A stretch of 64,000 bases of DNA from an uncultured Clostridia bacterium (GCA_945878665.1 CAMDUN010000008.1:12-64011), one strand, 5' to 3'. Positions 1-11,711 are shown, counted from the stretch's first letter. Program-made: numbers and translations. The notes: a model not told the origin generated them from the letters alone.

Positions 1-1
1 C

Positions 2-700
2 GGCATCATCGGCTACGACAACGCCGCCATGACCGTCATCCCCGTGGGCACGGGCAATGATTTCCTGAAGAACTTTGGCGATGATGCTGAAAAATTCCGG
101 GACGCGGAGAACCTTTGGGACGGCCCGCAGTTCCCCATGGATGCCATCAATGTCAATGGCCGCGTGGCGCTGACCATCGCCTGCTCCGGCATCGATGCCC
201 GTGTGGCCGCCGACGTACATAAATACAGCGAAAGCCCGCTTTTGGACGGAAAAGGCAGCTATATCTACTCTTTAGCGGTAAATTTCCTGTTTAAAGGTAT
301 CGGTTCTCACTGGACGGTGACGCTGGACGGCGTGCCGGTAAAGGGCGACTGGTCGCTGGTGGCGGTGTGCAACGGACGGTATTACGGCGGCGGCTTCATG
401 CCTGTGGCCGAAGCCCGGATGGACGACGGCGTGCTGAACACCCTGGTGGTAAAGGCCGTGAACCGCCGCACATTCTTACGGTTCGTCGGCCCGTATTCTA
501 AGGGAGAGTACGCCAAGTTCCCCGAATATGCCCACTGTTCTACGCCTAAAACTATCCGCATTCAGTCCGACAAGGCGGACATCGTCACCTGTCTGGACGG
601 CGAGTGCGTCACCAACAGCGACGTGACCATCAAGCTCCACGACAAGAAGCTGAATTTCTTCGGCCCGGTGGGCTGCTCCTGCAACCGCACCGCCCGATAA
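2..700 (+). CDS. Diacylglycerol kinase family (YegS/BmrU-like) lipid kinase, 5'-truncated by window edge
   Basis: Motifs IPVGTGNDF, NGRYYGGG and LDGE. The frame is open from position 2. Confidence 0.85.
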   Translation, partial: GIIGYDNAAMTVIPVGTGNDFLKNFGDDAEKFRDAENLWDGPQFPMDAINVNGRVALTIACSGIDARVAADVHKYSESPLLDGKGSYIYSLAVNFLFKGIGSHWTVTLDGVPVKGDWSLVAVCNGRYYGGGFMPVAEARMDDGVLNTLVVKAVNRRTFLRFVGPYSKGEYAKFPEYAHCSTPKTIRIQSDKADIVTCLDGECVTNSDVTIKLHDKKLNFFGPVGCSCNRTAR

Positions 701-711
701 GCCCGCACCCC

Positions 712-739
712 AGCGCCTGCCCCACGGCAGGCGCTTTTT
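712..739 (+). terminator. Intrinsic terminator
   Basis: AGCGCCTGCC-ccac-GGCAGGCGCT followed by a T-tract. Confidence 0.8.
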
Positions 740-799
740 CACGCCCGTCGGGCTGGCTTGAACAAATTGTGAACTTTTGATTTTTTTGCCTTTTCCCCC

Positions 800-827
800 T
801 TGCAAATCTGCAATAGTGTGGTATGAT
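800..827 (+). promoter_or_regulatory. SigA-type promoter of groESL
   Basis: TTGCAA ... TGG-TATGAT directly upstream of CIRCE. Confidence 0.65.
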
Positions 828-835
828 AAACAGCG

Positions 836-862
836 TTAGCACTCAGAGACTTTGAGTGCTAA
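836..862 (+). promoter_or_regulatory. CIRCE element (HrcA operator)
   Basis: Exact TTAGCACTC-N9-GAGTGCTAA upstream of groES. Confidence 0.97.
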
Positions 863-886
863 CGCTGAACTGGTTTTTAATATTGA

Positions 887-2846
<1,960 letters not shown>

Positions 2847-2862
2847 GCGACGGAAACCGATG

Positions 2863-2895
2863 AGGGGATGCGGCGCAGGCCGCATCCCCTTTTTT
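2863..2895 (+). terminator. groEL terminator
   Basis: 12-bp stem AGGGGATGCGGC/GCCGCATCCCCT plus T-tract. Confidence 0.85.
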
Positions 2896-2918
2896 CTCCC
2901 GGTTTTGCAAAAAACCTG

Positions 2919-2948
2919 TTGACAAAAGGCGTTATTATATGGTATAGT
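2919..2948 (+). promoter_or_regulatory. SigA promoter of tRNA cluster 1
   Basis: TTGACA-18-TATAGT with TG extension. Confidence 0.75.
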
Positions 2949-2973
2949 AACTCGTGCCTGTCGAGGATGACAT

Positions 2974-3050
2974 GGCGGCGTAGCTCAGTTGGCTAGAGCA
3001 TGCGGTTCATACCCGCAGTGTCACCGGTTCAAATCCAGTCGCCGCTACCA
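2974..3050 (+). tRNA. tRNA-Met (CAT), elongator type
   Basis: Cloverleaf, anticodon arm TGCGG-ttCATac-CCGCA, encoded CCA. Confidence 0.93.
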
Positions 3051-3102
3051 CATCGGAGAGATGCGAAAGCATCTCTCCGATACACCCTCGAAAAGGGCAT
3101 AC

Positions 3103-3177
3103 GGCCCGTTGGTCAAGTGGTTAAGACACGGCCCTTTCACGGCTGTAACATGGGTTCGAGTCCCGTACGGGTCACCA
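3103..3177 (+). tRNA. tRNA-Glu (TTC)
   Basis: Cloverleaf, anticodon loop ctTTCac, GGTTCGAGTCC T-arm, CCA. Confidence 0.95.
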
Positions 3178-3209
3178 CGTCGGCAGCCCGTCAGGGCCGC
3201 CGACAATAT

Positions 3210-3286
3210 GGAGGCTTAGCTCAGCTGGTTAGAGCGCCTGCTTCACACGCAGGAGGTCACTGGTTCGAGTCCAGCAGTCTCCACCA
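3210..3286 (+). tRNA. tRNA-Val (CAC)
   Basis: Cloverleaf, CCTGC-ttCACac-GCAGG, CCA. Confidence 0.95.
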
Positions 3287-3322
3287 AAAAGTTCCTGATT
3301 TCGTAAGAAATCAGGAACTTTT
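3287..3322 (+). terminator. Hairpin after tRNA-Val
   Basis: AAAAGTTCCTGATTTC-gtaa-GAAATCAGGAACTTTT, a perfect 16-bp stem. Confidence 0.8.
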
Positions 3323-3405
3323 TCTGTTTATGATCTCAAAAGTGACGCGGCATTTCGGCGTTTTTCGCTTGACCCAAACCGTGACCCAAAAGGCGAAATG
3401 ATGGG

Positions 3406-3483
3406 AGAGGAGTATGTACGGGTTGCTGGGATGCTTCTTGTGCTCAGCGATTAGCAGGTCAACGCCCTCCTGCGGGATGTTTG
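3406..3483 (-). pseudogene. Short remnant of a tyrosine integrase
   Basis: Minus-strand peptide IPQEGVDLLIAEHKKHPSNPY resembles a segment I recall from clostridial tRNA-associated integrases. Catalytic motifs are absent. It lies next to tRNA-Val and TGACCCAAA repeats. Confidence 0.5.
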
Positions 3484-3591
3484 CCGTGGGCGGGATGTCG
3501 TAACGGAATTGTAACCCTTTTTTTGATTTTCTGCTGTATAATGGTATCTCCGGCGGAGGTACGCCGGCAGAAACGTAAAAAGGAGGGGGAC

Positions 3592-5244
3592 ATGATGAAC
3601 GAAGAAAACGGGATGTCCTCTGTGCAGACAACGGTCGGCAGGCGCATCGCCCAGGAGGAGCAGACGGATCGCCCCGCCGGGAAAAAGACGGGGCTGATCA
3701 TCGGCATCGTGGCCGGTGCGCTGGTGCTGGGCTACGCGGCGCTGTGCGTGGTGGCGCAGACGGTGTACGGCCACAGGGCGTTCCCCAACACCACGGTGCT
3801 GGGACTGGACGTGTCCGGCATGAGCGCCCAGCAGGCGGAACAGCTGTGGCAGGAAAAGGGGGCGGCGGTGCTGGAAAACACCGTCATCGACCTGACGCGG
3901 CAGAGCTATATTTTGGGTGAGGTGACGCTGGCGGAGCTGGGCGCGGAGGTGAAACCCCTGTACGTCAGCCGGGCCGCCGGGTGTGATTCGGCGGGCGGCG
4001 GCGTGTTGGACGTGGCGCGGAGCGGCTGGGACTATCTTCACAGTCTGATAGGCGGCGTGTCCGCCGTGCCGCAGATAGATGTAAGCGGGGAAAAGCTGGA
4101 GAGCGCCTGCGAGACACTGGCCGACACGGTGGACTGCACCGTGGTGGACGGCGGCTACCGGCTGGAGGACGGCCAGGGGCTGTATATCACCAAGCCGCAA
4201 AACGGCGAACGGCTGGACAGCACCGCGCTGAAAACGGCGCTGGAGCAGCATCTGGAGAGACGCGACCTGTCGGCCATCGAGTGTACGTACAAGGAGCAGG
4301 CCGCCGCGCCGCTGGACTTGCAGGCCATCCACGATGAGCTGGAGGGGCAGGTGGTCAGCGCCGTGTGCGACAAGGCCACCGGCAAGCCCACCCAGTCCCA
4401 CGTGGGCGTGGCATTCGACGTGGGGAAGGTACAGGCCCAGCTGGACAGCGCCGCGCCGGGGACGGAGTTCCTGGCGGAGGCGGAGGTGGCGTTCCCCTCC
4501 GTGACCACGGAGGAGCTGGAGACGGCCATGTTCCGGGACGTGCTGGGGACAAGCACCACCAAGTGCGCCGGGCCGTGGGGGCGGCATCAGAACATCCGGC
4601 TGGCGGCCAGGGCCATCAACGGCAGGATCTATAACCCCGGCGAAGCCTTTTGGTACAACGCCACCGTGGGTGAGCGGACGGAGGAACGGGGCTACCAGCC
4701 CGCCGCGGCCTACTCCGGCGGCAAGACCGTCACGTCCATCGGCGGCGGCATCTGCCAGGTGTCGTCCACGCTGTATTACGCGGCGCTGCTGGGCGATCTG
4801 GAGATCGTGCTGCGGTACGCCCACATGTTCGACCCGGGCTACATGCCCGTTACCGGCTGCGATGCCACGGTAAGCTGGGGCGGGCCGGACTTTGCCTTCC
4901 GCAACGACACGGACTATCCCATCAAGATCGTCACCAGCTACAACGATGACACCAACGAGCTGACGGTGACAATCATGGGCACGAAGGTCAACGACAACTA
5001 CGTGGAGATGACCAACGCCTTTTTGTCCTACTCCGGCTATGAGACGGTGTATCAGGAGGATGTCAGCGTTGCGCCCGGCGAGAGTGTGACGGAGCAGAGC
5101 GGCCACAACGGCTACGCGGTGCAGACGTACCGCAACGTGTATGCCGGGGACGGGACGCTGCTGCACAGCACCAAGGAGGCGTACAGCGATTACGACCGCA
5201 GTGACAAGATCGTGCTGGTCGCGCCGGGGGAGCTGCCGGGATAA
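3592..5244 (+). CDS. VanW family membrane-anchored cell-wall protein
   Basis: N-terminal TM segment and VanW motifs GGGICQVSSTLY and DATVSWG. AAGGAGG RBS before the ATG at 3592. Confidence 0.85.
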   Translation: MMNEENGMSSVQTTVGRRIAQEEQTDRPAGKKTGLIIGIVAGALVLGYAALCVVAQTVYGHRAFPNTTVLGLDVSGMSAQQAEQLWQEKGAAVLENTVIDLTRQSYILGEVTLAELGAEVKPLYVSRAAGCDSAGGGVLDVARSGWDYLHSLIGGVSAVPQIDVSGEKLESACETLADTVDCTVVDGGYRLEDGQGLYITKPQNGERLDSTALKTALEQHLERRDLSAIECTYKEQAAAPLDLQAIHDELEGQVVSAVCDKATGKPTQSHVGVAFDVGKVQAQLDSAAPGTEFLAEAEVAFPSVTTEELETAMFRDVLGTSTTKCAGPWGRHQNIRLAARAINGRIYNPGEAFWYNATVGERTEERGYQPAAAYSGGKTVTSIGGGICQVSSTLYYAALLGDLEIVLRYAHMFDPGYMPVTGCDATVSWGGPDFAFRNDTDYPIKIVTSYNDDTNELTVTIMGTKVNDNYVEMTNAFLSYSGYETVYQEDVSVAPGESVTEQSGHNGYAVQTYRNVYAGDGTLLHSTKEAYSDYDRSDKIVLVAPGELPG

Positions 5245-5315
5245 GTACATAGGAAAGAAGGAAGCAGGGCCGTAGGCCCTGCTTCCTTTTATGTGGGGAT
5301 GATGCCGCGGCATAC

Positions 5316-5527
5316 GGGGCGATGTACCCCAAGGGTACTTGTTCCGCTTCGCTCCACTGCGTGGGCATCGCCCCCTACGGAGGGGAGCAAGGGGTGCGTT
5401 CATACAACGTCTCTCCCTCCGGCGCTTCGCGCCACCTCAGCTACGCTTCGCCGCACAACCCAGTGTGCACCCCAAGGGTACTTGCTTCGCGGCGAGCACT
5501 GGGCCGCCTTTACACAAGGGAGGCTTT
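5316..5527. repeat. Mosaic cluster of REP-like palindromic repeats
   Basis: CCCCAAGGGTACTTG occurs twice. The unit recurs inverted at about 31.4 kb and 55.3 kb. Confidence 0.75.
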
Positions 5528-5538
5528 GGGGTGCGAGA

Positions 5539-6492
5539 TCAGCGGCTCAGGAAGCTGTACCAGCCCTCGCTGGTGCGCTGCTCCAGCACGTCCCAGCCGT
5601 CGGACTTCAGCTTTTGCAGTACCTCCTCCGCCCGGTCGTCGATGATGCCGGAGCAGAGGAACAGGCCGCCGGGCTTCAAAAAGTCCCGGACGCTGCCGCT
5701 GAGGCCCATGATAACATCAGCCACGATGTTGGCCACCACCATGTCATAGCCGCCGCCCATCTCGCTGCGGAGCTGGGCATCGTGGAGCACATCTCCCCAG
5801 CGGACGGTATAGGTGTCGTGGGTGATGTTGTTCAGGGCGGCGTTTTCATAGGCCACGTCCACGCACTTTTCATCGATGTCGCAGGCGAAGGCGCGGGCCG
5901 CGCCCAGCCGCAGCGCGGCGATAGACAGGATGCCGCTGCCGCAGCCCAGGTCCAAAACCCTTTCACCGCCGTGGATGTGGGTGTCCAGCGCTTGCAGGCA
6001 CAGCCGGGTGGTGGCGTGACTGCCTGTGCCGAAGGTCAGGCCGGGGTTCAGCCGCAGCGTCACCCGCTCCGGGCCATCGGCCTGCTCCCACTCCGGGACA
6101 ACCAGCAGGCGTTCACCGATCTCCATGGGCTTGTAGAACTGCTTCCAGTTGTTCTCCCAGTCCGCGTCGGCCACATCGTCCATGGTCAGCAGCAGCGGGC
6201 CGTACTCCGGGTGGGCCTTTTTCAGGTCGGACATGGCCATACGCACGGCGGCGATGACGGGCAGCGCGGCCTCGCCGCGCTCCAGGTAGAACGTGACGCG
6301 GCTGACGCCGCGCTTTTCCGCCAGCAGTTCCTCGTCCACGTAGTCCCAGTACTGGCGGTTGTTCTCCAGGAAGTCCTGAAAGTCCGCCTCATCGTCGATC
6401 ATCCATCCCGTGACACCCTGCTGCTCCAGCAGCTCGCACACCGGGTCAAGACCGGCGTGGGAGGTGTCGATCTTCATTTCCAGCCATTCCAT
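5539..6492 (-). CDS. prmA: Ribosomal protein L11 methyltransferase
   Basis: WENNWKQF, FGTGSHATT, LDLGCGSGIL and VANIVADVI motifs. Confidence 0.95.
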   Translation of the reverse strand: MEWLEMKIDTSHAGLDPVCELLEQQGVTGWMIDDEADFQDFLENNRQYWDYVDEELLAEKRGVSRVTFYLERGEAALPVIAAVRMAMSDLKKAHPEYGPLLLTMDDVADADWENNWKQFYKPMEIGERLLVVPEWEQADGPERVTLRLNPGLTFGTGSHATTRLCLQALDTHIHGGERVLDLGCGSGILSIAALRLGAARAFACDIDEKCVDVAYENAALNNITHDTYTVRWGDVLHDAQLRSEMGGGYDMVVANIVADVIMGLSGSVRDFLKPGGLFLCSGIIDDRAEEVLQKLKSDGWDVLEQRTSEGWYSFLSR

Positions 6493-6521
6493 GGCGTGCC
6501 CTCCGTTTTGTCAGTTTGGGG

Positions 6522-7394
6522 TCAGCGCTTCGTGCCGAAGAAGAACAGACCCATGGTGTTCGGGCCGGTGTGGCTGCCGATGACCGGGCCGATGTAGTTG
6601 ATATAGACCTCCTTGACACCGTAGCGGGCCTTCAGCTCCTCTGCCACGGCACGAGCCTCCACCTCACAGTCGGCGTGGCAGATGAACATGGTCTGCTCAC
6701 TGGGCTCGATACCCAGCTCCGCCACCTTGTCGATGAGGGCCTGGAGGCTGGCCTTGCGGCCACGGGCCTTGCTCATGGGGACGAGCTTGCCCTCGTCGGA
6801 GGTGTGCATCACCGGCTTGATGGACAGCATCGTGCCCAGGAAGGCGGTGGTGGCGCTGACGCGGCCACCCATCTTCAGGTAGTTCAGGTCGTCCACGGTG
6901 AACCAGTGGTCGATGTGCAGCTTGTTGTCCTCCACCCACTGCACCAACTCCTCGGCGGTGAGACCCCGGCGCTTTTGCTGCACCGCCAGGTACAGCAGCA
7001 GGCCCTGACCCAGGGAGGCGGACAGGGAGTCCACCACGTAGATGTTGGCATCGGGGAACTCCTGGCGCATATCGTTGGCGGCGATGGACGCGCTCTGGTA
7101 GGTAGTGGACAGGGCGCTGGAGAAGCTGATGCAGACGATGTCTTTGCCGCTCTCCAGCACGGGGCGCATGGCATCCTGGAACTGGCCCACGTTGGCGGCG
7201 GAGGTGGTGGCCAGCTTACCGGATCGGATCTTGGTGTAGAAATCCTCAAAGCTGATAGCGCTGCCGTCCAGCAGGTTGGGGTAGTCCTGACCGTCGATGT
7301 GGACCGTCAGGGGAACGACCGTCAGCTCCAGCTCACGGGCCATGTGGTCCGTCAGGTCACAGCAGCTGTCGGTCATGATAATGTAATCACGCAT
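6522..7394 (-). CDS. DegV family fatty-acid-binding protein
   Basis: TDSCCDL, SSALSTTY, GGRVS and SHTGP motifs. Confidence 0.92.
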   Translation of the reverse strand: MRDYIIMTDSCCDLTDHMARELELTVVPLTVHIDGQDYPNLLDGSAISFEDFYTKIRSGKLATTSAANVGQFQDAMRPVLESGKDIVCISFSSALSTTYQSASIAANDMRQEFPDANIYVVDSLSASLGQGLLLYLAVQQKRRGLTAEELVQWVEDNKLHIDHWFTVDDLNYLKMGGRVSATTAFLGTMLSIKPVMHTSDEGKLVPMSKARGRKASLQALIDKVAELGIEPSEQTMFICHADCEVEARAVAEELKARYGVKEVYINYIGPVIGSHTGPNTMGLFFFGTKR

Positions 7395-7480
7395 GGGGTA
7401 AAGCCTCCTTTGGAGCGATATGGCCTATCATATCACGGAATAGGGGAAATGTAAATAATATAACATATTAGATGAAGGAA

Positions 7481-8848
7481 TTATTTGCCCACGCAGAAGC
7501 GGGAGAAGATGGTGTCCACCAGGTCGTCCCGGATGTGCCTGCCGTTCAGCTCGCCCAGGGCCTCCAGCGCCGCCTCGCAGTCCGTCAGCACCACGTCGGG
7601 GGTCATGCCGATACGCAGGGCGCTGCGGGCCTCGCCCACGGCGCTGAGCGCCCGGGACACGGCATCCGCCTGGCGGGCGTTGGTCAGCAGCGCGCCCTGG
7701 GCGGGCGTGCCGGCAGGAAAGAGGGCGGCGATGGCGTCGGTGAGGGTGTCCAGCCCCAGGTGCTCCGTGGCGGAGACGGAGAGGACGTTATCAAAGCGGT
7801 CTGCCAGCGCACCGATGTCCAGCCGCCGGGGCAGGTCGCATTTGTTCACCGCCACCAGCAGGTGGGGGACTTGCCGGGCCACGGCGATGGCCTCCTCGTC
7901 CTCCGCCGTCAGGGGGGCGGAGCCGTCCAGCACCAAAATGGCCAGGGACGCCTGCCTGGCGGCGGCACGGCTGCGCTCCACGCCCAGGGCCTCCACGGTG
8001 TCGCCGCCGTCACGGATGCCGGCGGTGTCCGTCAGGCGCAGCAGCACGCCGCCCACCGTGACCTTCTCCTCCACCGTGTCGCGGGTCGTGCCGGCGATGT
8101 CGGTGACGATGGCCCGGTCGTAGCCCAGCAGGGCGTTGAGCAGAGAGGATTTGCCGGCGTTTGGCTTGCCCAGCAGCACCGTGGGCACGCCCCATTTCAT
8201 CAGCCGGCCACGGGAGAACCCGGCCAGCAGGCCGTCCAGCTCCTGCTGGGCGGTGCGGAGGGTGTCCAGCATCTCCTCACGCTGGAGGTCCTCGATGTCC
8301 TCGTCGGGGTAGTCCACCACGGCGTAGAACCGGGCGGCCATGTCCGTGAGGCCGTCGTAAATGCGGGCGATGGTGCGGCTCAATGCGCCGGAGAGCTGGC
8401 AGGCGGCGTTGTGGGCCTGCTCCGCCGTCTCGGCATCGATGAGGTCCACCACGGCCTCGGCCTGCATCAGATCCAGCTGGCCGCTGAGGAAGGCGCGGCG
8501 GGTAAACTCGCCGCCTGCGGCCTGGCGGCATCCGGCGGCGAACAGGGCGCGAAGGCCGGCATCCAGCACCACCGGGCTGCCGTGACAGTGCAGCTCGGCG
8601 CAGTCCTCGCCGGTGTAGCTGTGAGGGGCGGGGAAGGTGACGCACAGCACGTGGTCGATGACGCGGCCCGCATCGTCCATCAGGTCGCCCAGCACCATGG
8701 AGCGGGGGCGCTGGGCGGCGGCAGGCTTGCCGTTTTGGGCGCGGAACACCGCGTCCAGCGCGGAGAAGGTCTCCGGGCCGGAGAGGCGGAGGATGCCGAT
8801 GGCGCTGGGGGCATGGCCGGTGGCGATGGCGGCAATGGTGTCGGGCAT
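7481..8848 (-). CDS. mnmE: tRNA modification GTPase MnmE
   Basis: GKPNAGKSS, GTTRD, DTAGIR and C-terminal FCVGK. Start set at the ATG following AAGGAGG. Confidence 0.96.
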   Translation of the reverse strand: MPDTIAAIATGHAPSAIGILRLSGPETFSALDAVFRAQNGKPAAAQRPRSMVLGDLMDDAGRVIDHVLCVTFPAPHSYTGEDCAELHCHGSPVVLDAGLRALFAAGCRQAAGGEFTRRAFLSGQLDLMQAEAVVDLIDAETAEQAHNAACQLSGALSRTIARIYDGLTDMAARFYAVVDYPDEDIEDLQREEMLDTLRTAQQELDGLLAGFSRGRLMKWGVPTVLLGKPNAGKSSLLNALLGYDRAIVTDIAGTTRDTVEEKVTVGGVLLRLTDTAGIRDGGDTVEALGVERSRAAARQASLAILVLDGSAPLTAEDEEAIAVARQVPHLLVAVNKCDLPRRLDIGALADRFDNVLSVSATEHLGLDTLTDAIAALFPAGTPAQGALLTNARQADAVSRALSAVGEARSALRIGMTPDVVLTDCEAALEALGELNGRHIRDDLVDTIFSRFCVGK

Positions 8849-8951
8849 AGGGGTGGCCTCCTTGGTGGTTTTTCGATAGTATAGCACAGGGAAAGGGAAA
8901 AAGGAAGAGGAGGGCCATCGGCCCTCCTTTTTTGTTCTGTTGGGAAACGCC

Positions 8952-11102
8952 TTACTTGATGACCTCGCCGGCGGCCTGCTTGGCGGCGATCTCCTTCATG
9001 GCGTCCTTGTGGCTCAGGTTCACGCGGCCCTTTTCGTCGATCTCCGTGACCTTGACCCACATCATGTCGCCGATCTTGCAGGCATCCTCCACCTTCTCGA
9101 TGCGGTGGTCCGCCAGCTTGGAGATGTGCACCAGGCCGTCCTTGCCGGGGGCAAGCTCCACGAACGCGCCGAAGGTCATGAGACGCACGACGCGGCCATA
9201 GTACAGCTGGCCCACCTCGGGGACGAACACGATGTCGTCGATGCACTTCTTGGCAATGGCGCAGCTCTCGGCATCGGGAGAGGCGATGTGGATCGTGCCG
9301 TCGTCGTCGATGTCGATCTTCGCGCCGGACTCGGCCACGATCTTCTGAATGACGCTGCCGCCCTTGCCGATGACATCGCGGATCTTATCCGGGTCGATGT
9401 GCATGGTCAGCATCTTGGGGGCGTACTGGCTCACCTCGGGCCGCGGCTCGGCGATGCAGGGCAGCATGATCTGATCCAGGATCTGGCAGCGGGCATCGTA
9501 GGTGATGTCCAGCGCGTTCTGAATGATCTCCATGGTCAGGCCGTCGTTCTTCAGGTCCATCTGAATGGCGGTGATGCCCTTCTTCGTACCGGCCACCTTG
9601 AAGTCCATCTCGCCGTGGAAGTCCTCCACGCCCTGAATGTCGATGAAGGTGGTGAAGCTGCCGTCATCGTCCTGGATCAGGCCGCAGGAGATGCCGGCCA
9701 CAGGGGCTTTGATGGGCACACCGGCGTCCATGAGGGCCAGGGTGCTGCCGCAGATAGAGCCCTGGGAGGTAGAGCCGTTGGAGGACACCACCTCGGACAC
9801 CACGCGGATGGCGTAGGGGAACTCCTCCACGGGAGGAATGACGGGCAGCAGGGCACGCTCGGCCAGCGCGCCGTGGCCGATCTCGCGGCGTCCGGGGCTG
9901 CGGGCGGGCTTGGCCTCGCCCACGGAGTAGCCGGGGAAGTTGTAGTGGTGCATATAGCGCTTCTCGGTCTCTTCCCAAATGGTGTCCAGCTTCTGATTGG
10001 CGGACAGGGTGTCCAGCGTGCAGACGGACAGCACCTGGGTCTGACCGCGGGTGAACAGGCCGCTGCCGTGAACGCGGGGCAGCACGCCCACCTCGGCATC
10101 CAGGGGACGGATCTCGTTCTTCTGACGGCCATCCACGCGATGACCCTCCAGCAGCCACTTCTTGACGATCATCTTCTGGAACTTGTAGGTGATCTCCTCC
10201 AGGTACTGATCCATGTTGGGGTACTCTTCCAGGTACTTGTCGTGCCACTTCTCGATCATGGCGTTCCAGCGCTGCTCGCGGACGTTCTTGTCATCAGTGT
10301 CCATGGCGGCCTTGGCCTCGTCCATGAAGTCGGCGGTGATCTTGTTGAACAGCTCGTAGTTGAAGTCGGCGTGAGGATAGTCGAACTTGGGCTTGCCGAT
10401 CTCGGCCACCATCTGATTGATGAGGGCGATCTGCTTCTGGTTCTCCTCGTGGGCCTTCTTGATGGCCTCGAACATGATGGCGTTGGGCACTTCGTTAGCG
10501 CCGGCCTCGATCATGACCACCTTCTTGCCGGTGGAGACCACGGTCACGTCCAGGTCGGAGACCTTACGCTGCTCGGCATCGGGGTTGAAGACCAGCTTGC
10601 CGTCCACCAGGCCCACCTTCAGCGCGGCCACAGGGCCGTTCCAGGGGATGTCGGAGATGGCCAGGGCGGCGGAAGTGCCGATGAGCGCGGCGATCTCGGG
10701 GGAGCAGTTGTGATCCACAGCCATGACGGTACACATGACGGATACGTCGTTGCGGAAGTCATAGGGGAACAGGGGGCGGATGGGGCGGTCGATGACGCGG
10801 GAGGTCAGGATGCCCTTCTCGCCGGGGCGGCCCTCGCGGCGGTTGAAGCTGCCGGGGATGCGGCCCACGGAGTACATCTTCTCCTCAAAGTCCACGCTGA
10901 GGGGGAAGAAGTCGATGCCGTCACGGGGACGGGGAGCGGCGGTGACACAGCACAGTACGCGGGTGTCGCCATAGCCCACCATGACGGCGGCGTTGGCCAG
11001 CTCGGCCAGCTTGCCCACCTCCAGCGTGAGGGGACGGCCCGCCAGGTCCATGGTGTACTTGTGGTAGTGGGGGAACTGACGCTTGGTGATGATGGTTGAC
11101 AT
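8952..11102 (-). CDS. pnp: Polyribonucleotide nucleotidyltransferase
   Basis: Two RNase PH domains (SNGSTS, GEMDFKVAG) plus KH and S1 domains. Confidence 0.98.
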   Translation of the reverse strand: MSTIITKRQFPHYHKYTMDLAGRPLTLEVGKLAELANAAVMVGYGDTRVLCCVTAAPRPRDGIDFFPLSVDFEEKMYSVGRIPGSFNRREGRPGEKGILTSRVIDRPIRPLFPYDFRNDVSVMCTVMAVDHNCSPEIAALIGTSAALAISDIPWNGPVAALKVGLVDGKLVFNPDAEQRKVSDLDVTVVSTGKKVVMIEAGANEVPNAIMFEAIKKAHEENQKQIALINQMVAEIGKPKFDYPHADFNYELFNKITADFMDEAKAAMDTDDKNVREQRWNAMIEKWHDKYLEEYPNMDQYLEEITYKFQKMIVKKWLLEGHRVDGRQKNEIRPLDAEVGVLPRVHGSGLFTRGQTQVLSVCTLDTLSANQKLDTIWEETEKRYMHHYNFPGYSVGEAKPARSPGRREIGHGALAERALLPVIPPVEEFPYAIRVVSEVVSSNGSTSQGSICGSTLALMDAGVPIKAPVAGISCGLIQDDDGSFTTFIDIQGVEDFHGEMDFKVAGTKKGITAIQMDLKNDGLTMEIIQNALDITYDARCQILDQIMLPCIAEPRPEVSQYAPKMLTMHIDPDKIRDVIGKGGSVIQKIVAESGAKIDIDDDGTIHIASPDAESCAIAKKCIDDIVFVPEVGQLYYGRVVRLMTFGAFVELAPGKDGLVHISKLADHRIEKVEDACKIGDMMWVKVTEIDEKGRVNLSHKDAMKEIAAKQAAGEVIK

Positions 11103-11150
11103 GATAACGTTTCTCCTTTTCGTTAAGATGCGTGTGCCGGGTCATCACCA

Positions 11151-11206
11151 TTTAGCACTTGAAAACGGAGAAAACGAAGGGGTTTTCGCCATTTTCAACT
11201 GCTAAA
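11151..11206 (-). promoter_or_regulatory. Long hairpin in the pnp 5' leader
   Basis: 15-bp arms TTTAGCACTTGAAAA and TTTTCAACTGCTAAA (14/15 complementary) with inner pairing. Confidence 0.55.
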
Positions 11207-11277
11207 GGCGTGGGCAGACCCGGAACACAAAAATGTGAAAGAGGGGTGGTGCGAACGCACACCACCCCTGTTTTCCC

Positions 11278-11544
11278 TTACTTACGCAGACCCAGCTTGG
11301 CGATGAGGGCACGATAACGCTCGATGTCCTTCTTGGCCAGGTAGTCCAGCAGACGACGGCGCTTACCGATCATCATCTGCATACCGCGGCGGCTGTGGAA
11401 GTCATGAGGATGCACCTTCAGGTGAGCGGTCAGCTGGTTGATGCGCTCGGTGAGGATGGCGACCTGGACTTCGGGAGAGCCGGTGTCGGTCTCGTGGGTA
11501 CGGTTGGCCTCGATGATAGAGGTCTTCTGATCTTTCAGCATCAT
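11278..11544 (-). CDS. rpsO: 30S ribosomal protein S15
   Basis: [20 protein letters not shown] and LGLRK motifs. Confidence 0.97.
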   Translation of the reverse strand: MMLKDQKTSIIEANRTHETDTGSPEVQVAILTERINQLTAHLKVHPHDFHSRRGMQMMIGKRRRLLDYLAKKDIERYRALIAKLGLRK

Positions 11545-11682
11545 GGTTGTGTTTCCACCTTTCTTGAAATACGCCCGCAGCCTGAGCAGAGGGAGAGATG
11601 GAACGCTCCGCACGCTAAGGCAGGGGTCATGCACGCATAGCGCGTACTTTGTGATGATACCACACTATTCGCGGGTTGTAAA
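11545..11682 (-). promoter_or_regulatory. rpsO promoter and probable S15 autoregulatory leader
   Basis: TTTACA-17-TATCAT at 11682-11654, then a structured leader of about 100 nt. Leader identity is inferred from position only. Confidence 0.55.
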
Positions 11683-11711
11683 GTGGTATTTTGCCCGGAA
11701 CGACAGGAATT

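Noticed and set aside
3592-5244. Vancomycin resistance locus
   Set aside because: VanW-domain proteins are widespread, and no vanHAX or vanRS genes are present.
11151-11206. CIRCE-like TTAGCACT half-site upstream of pnp
   Set aside because: The arms are separated by far more than 9 bp and do not match the consensus. It is better explained as an RNA hairpin.
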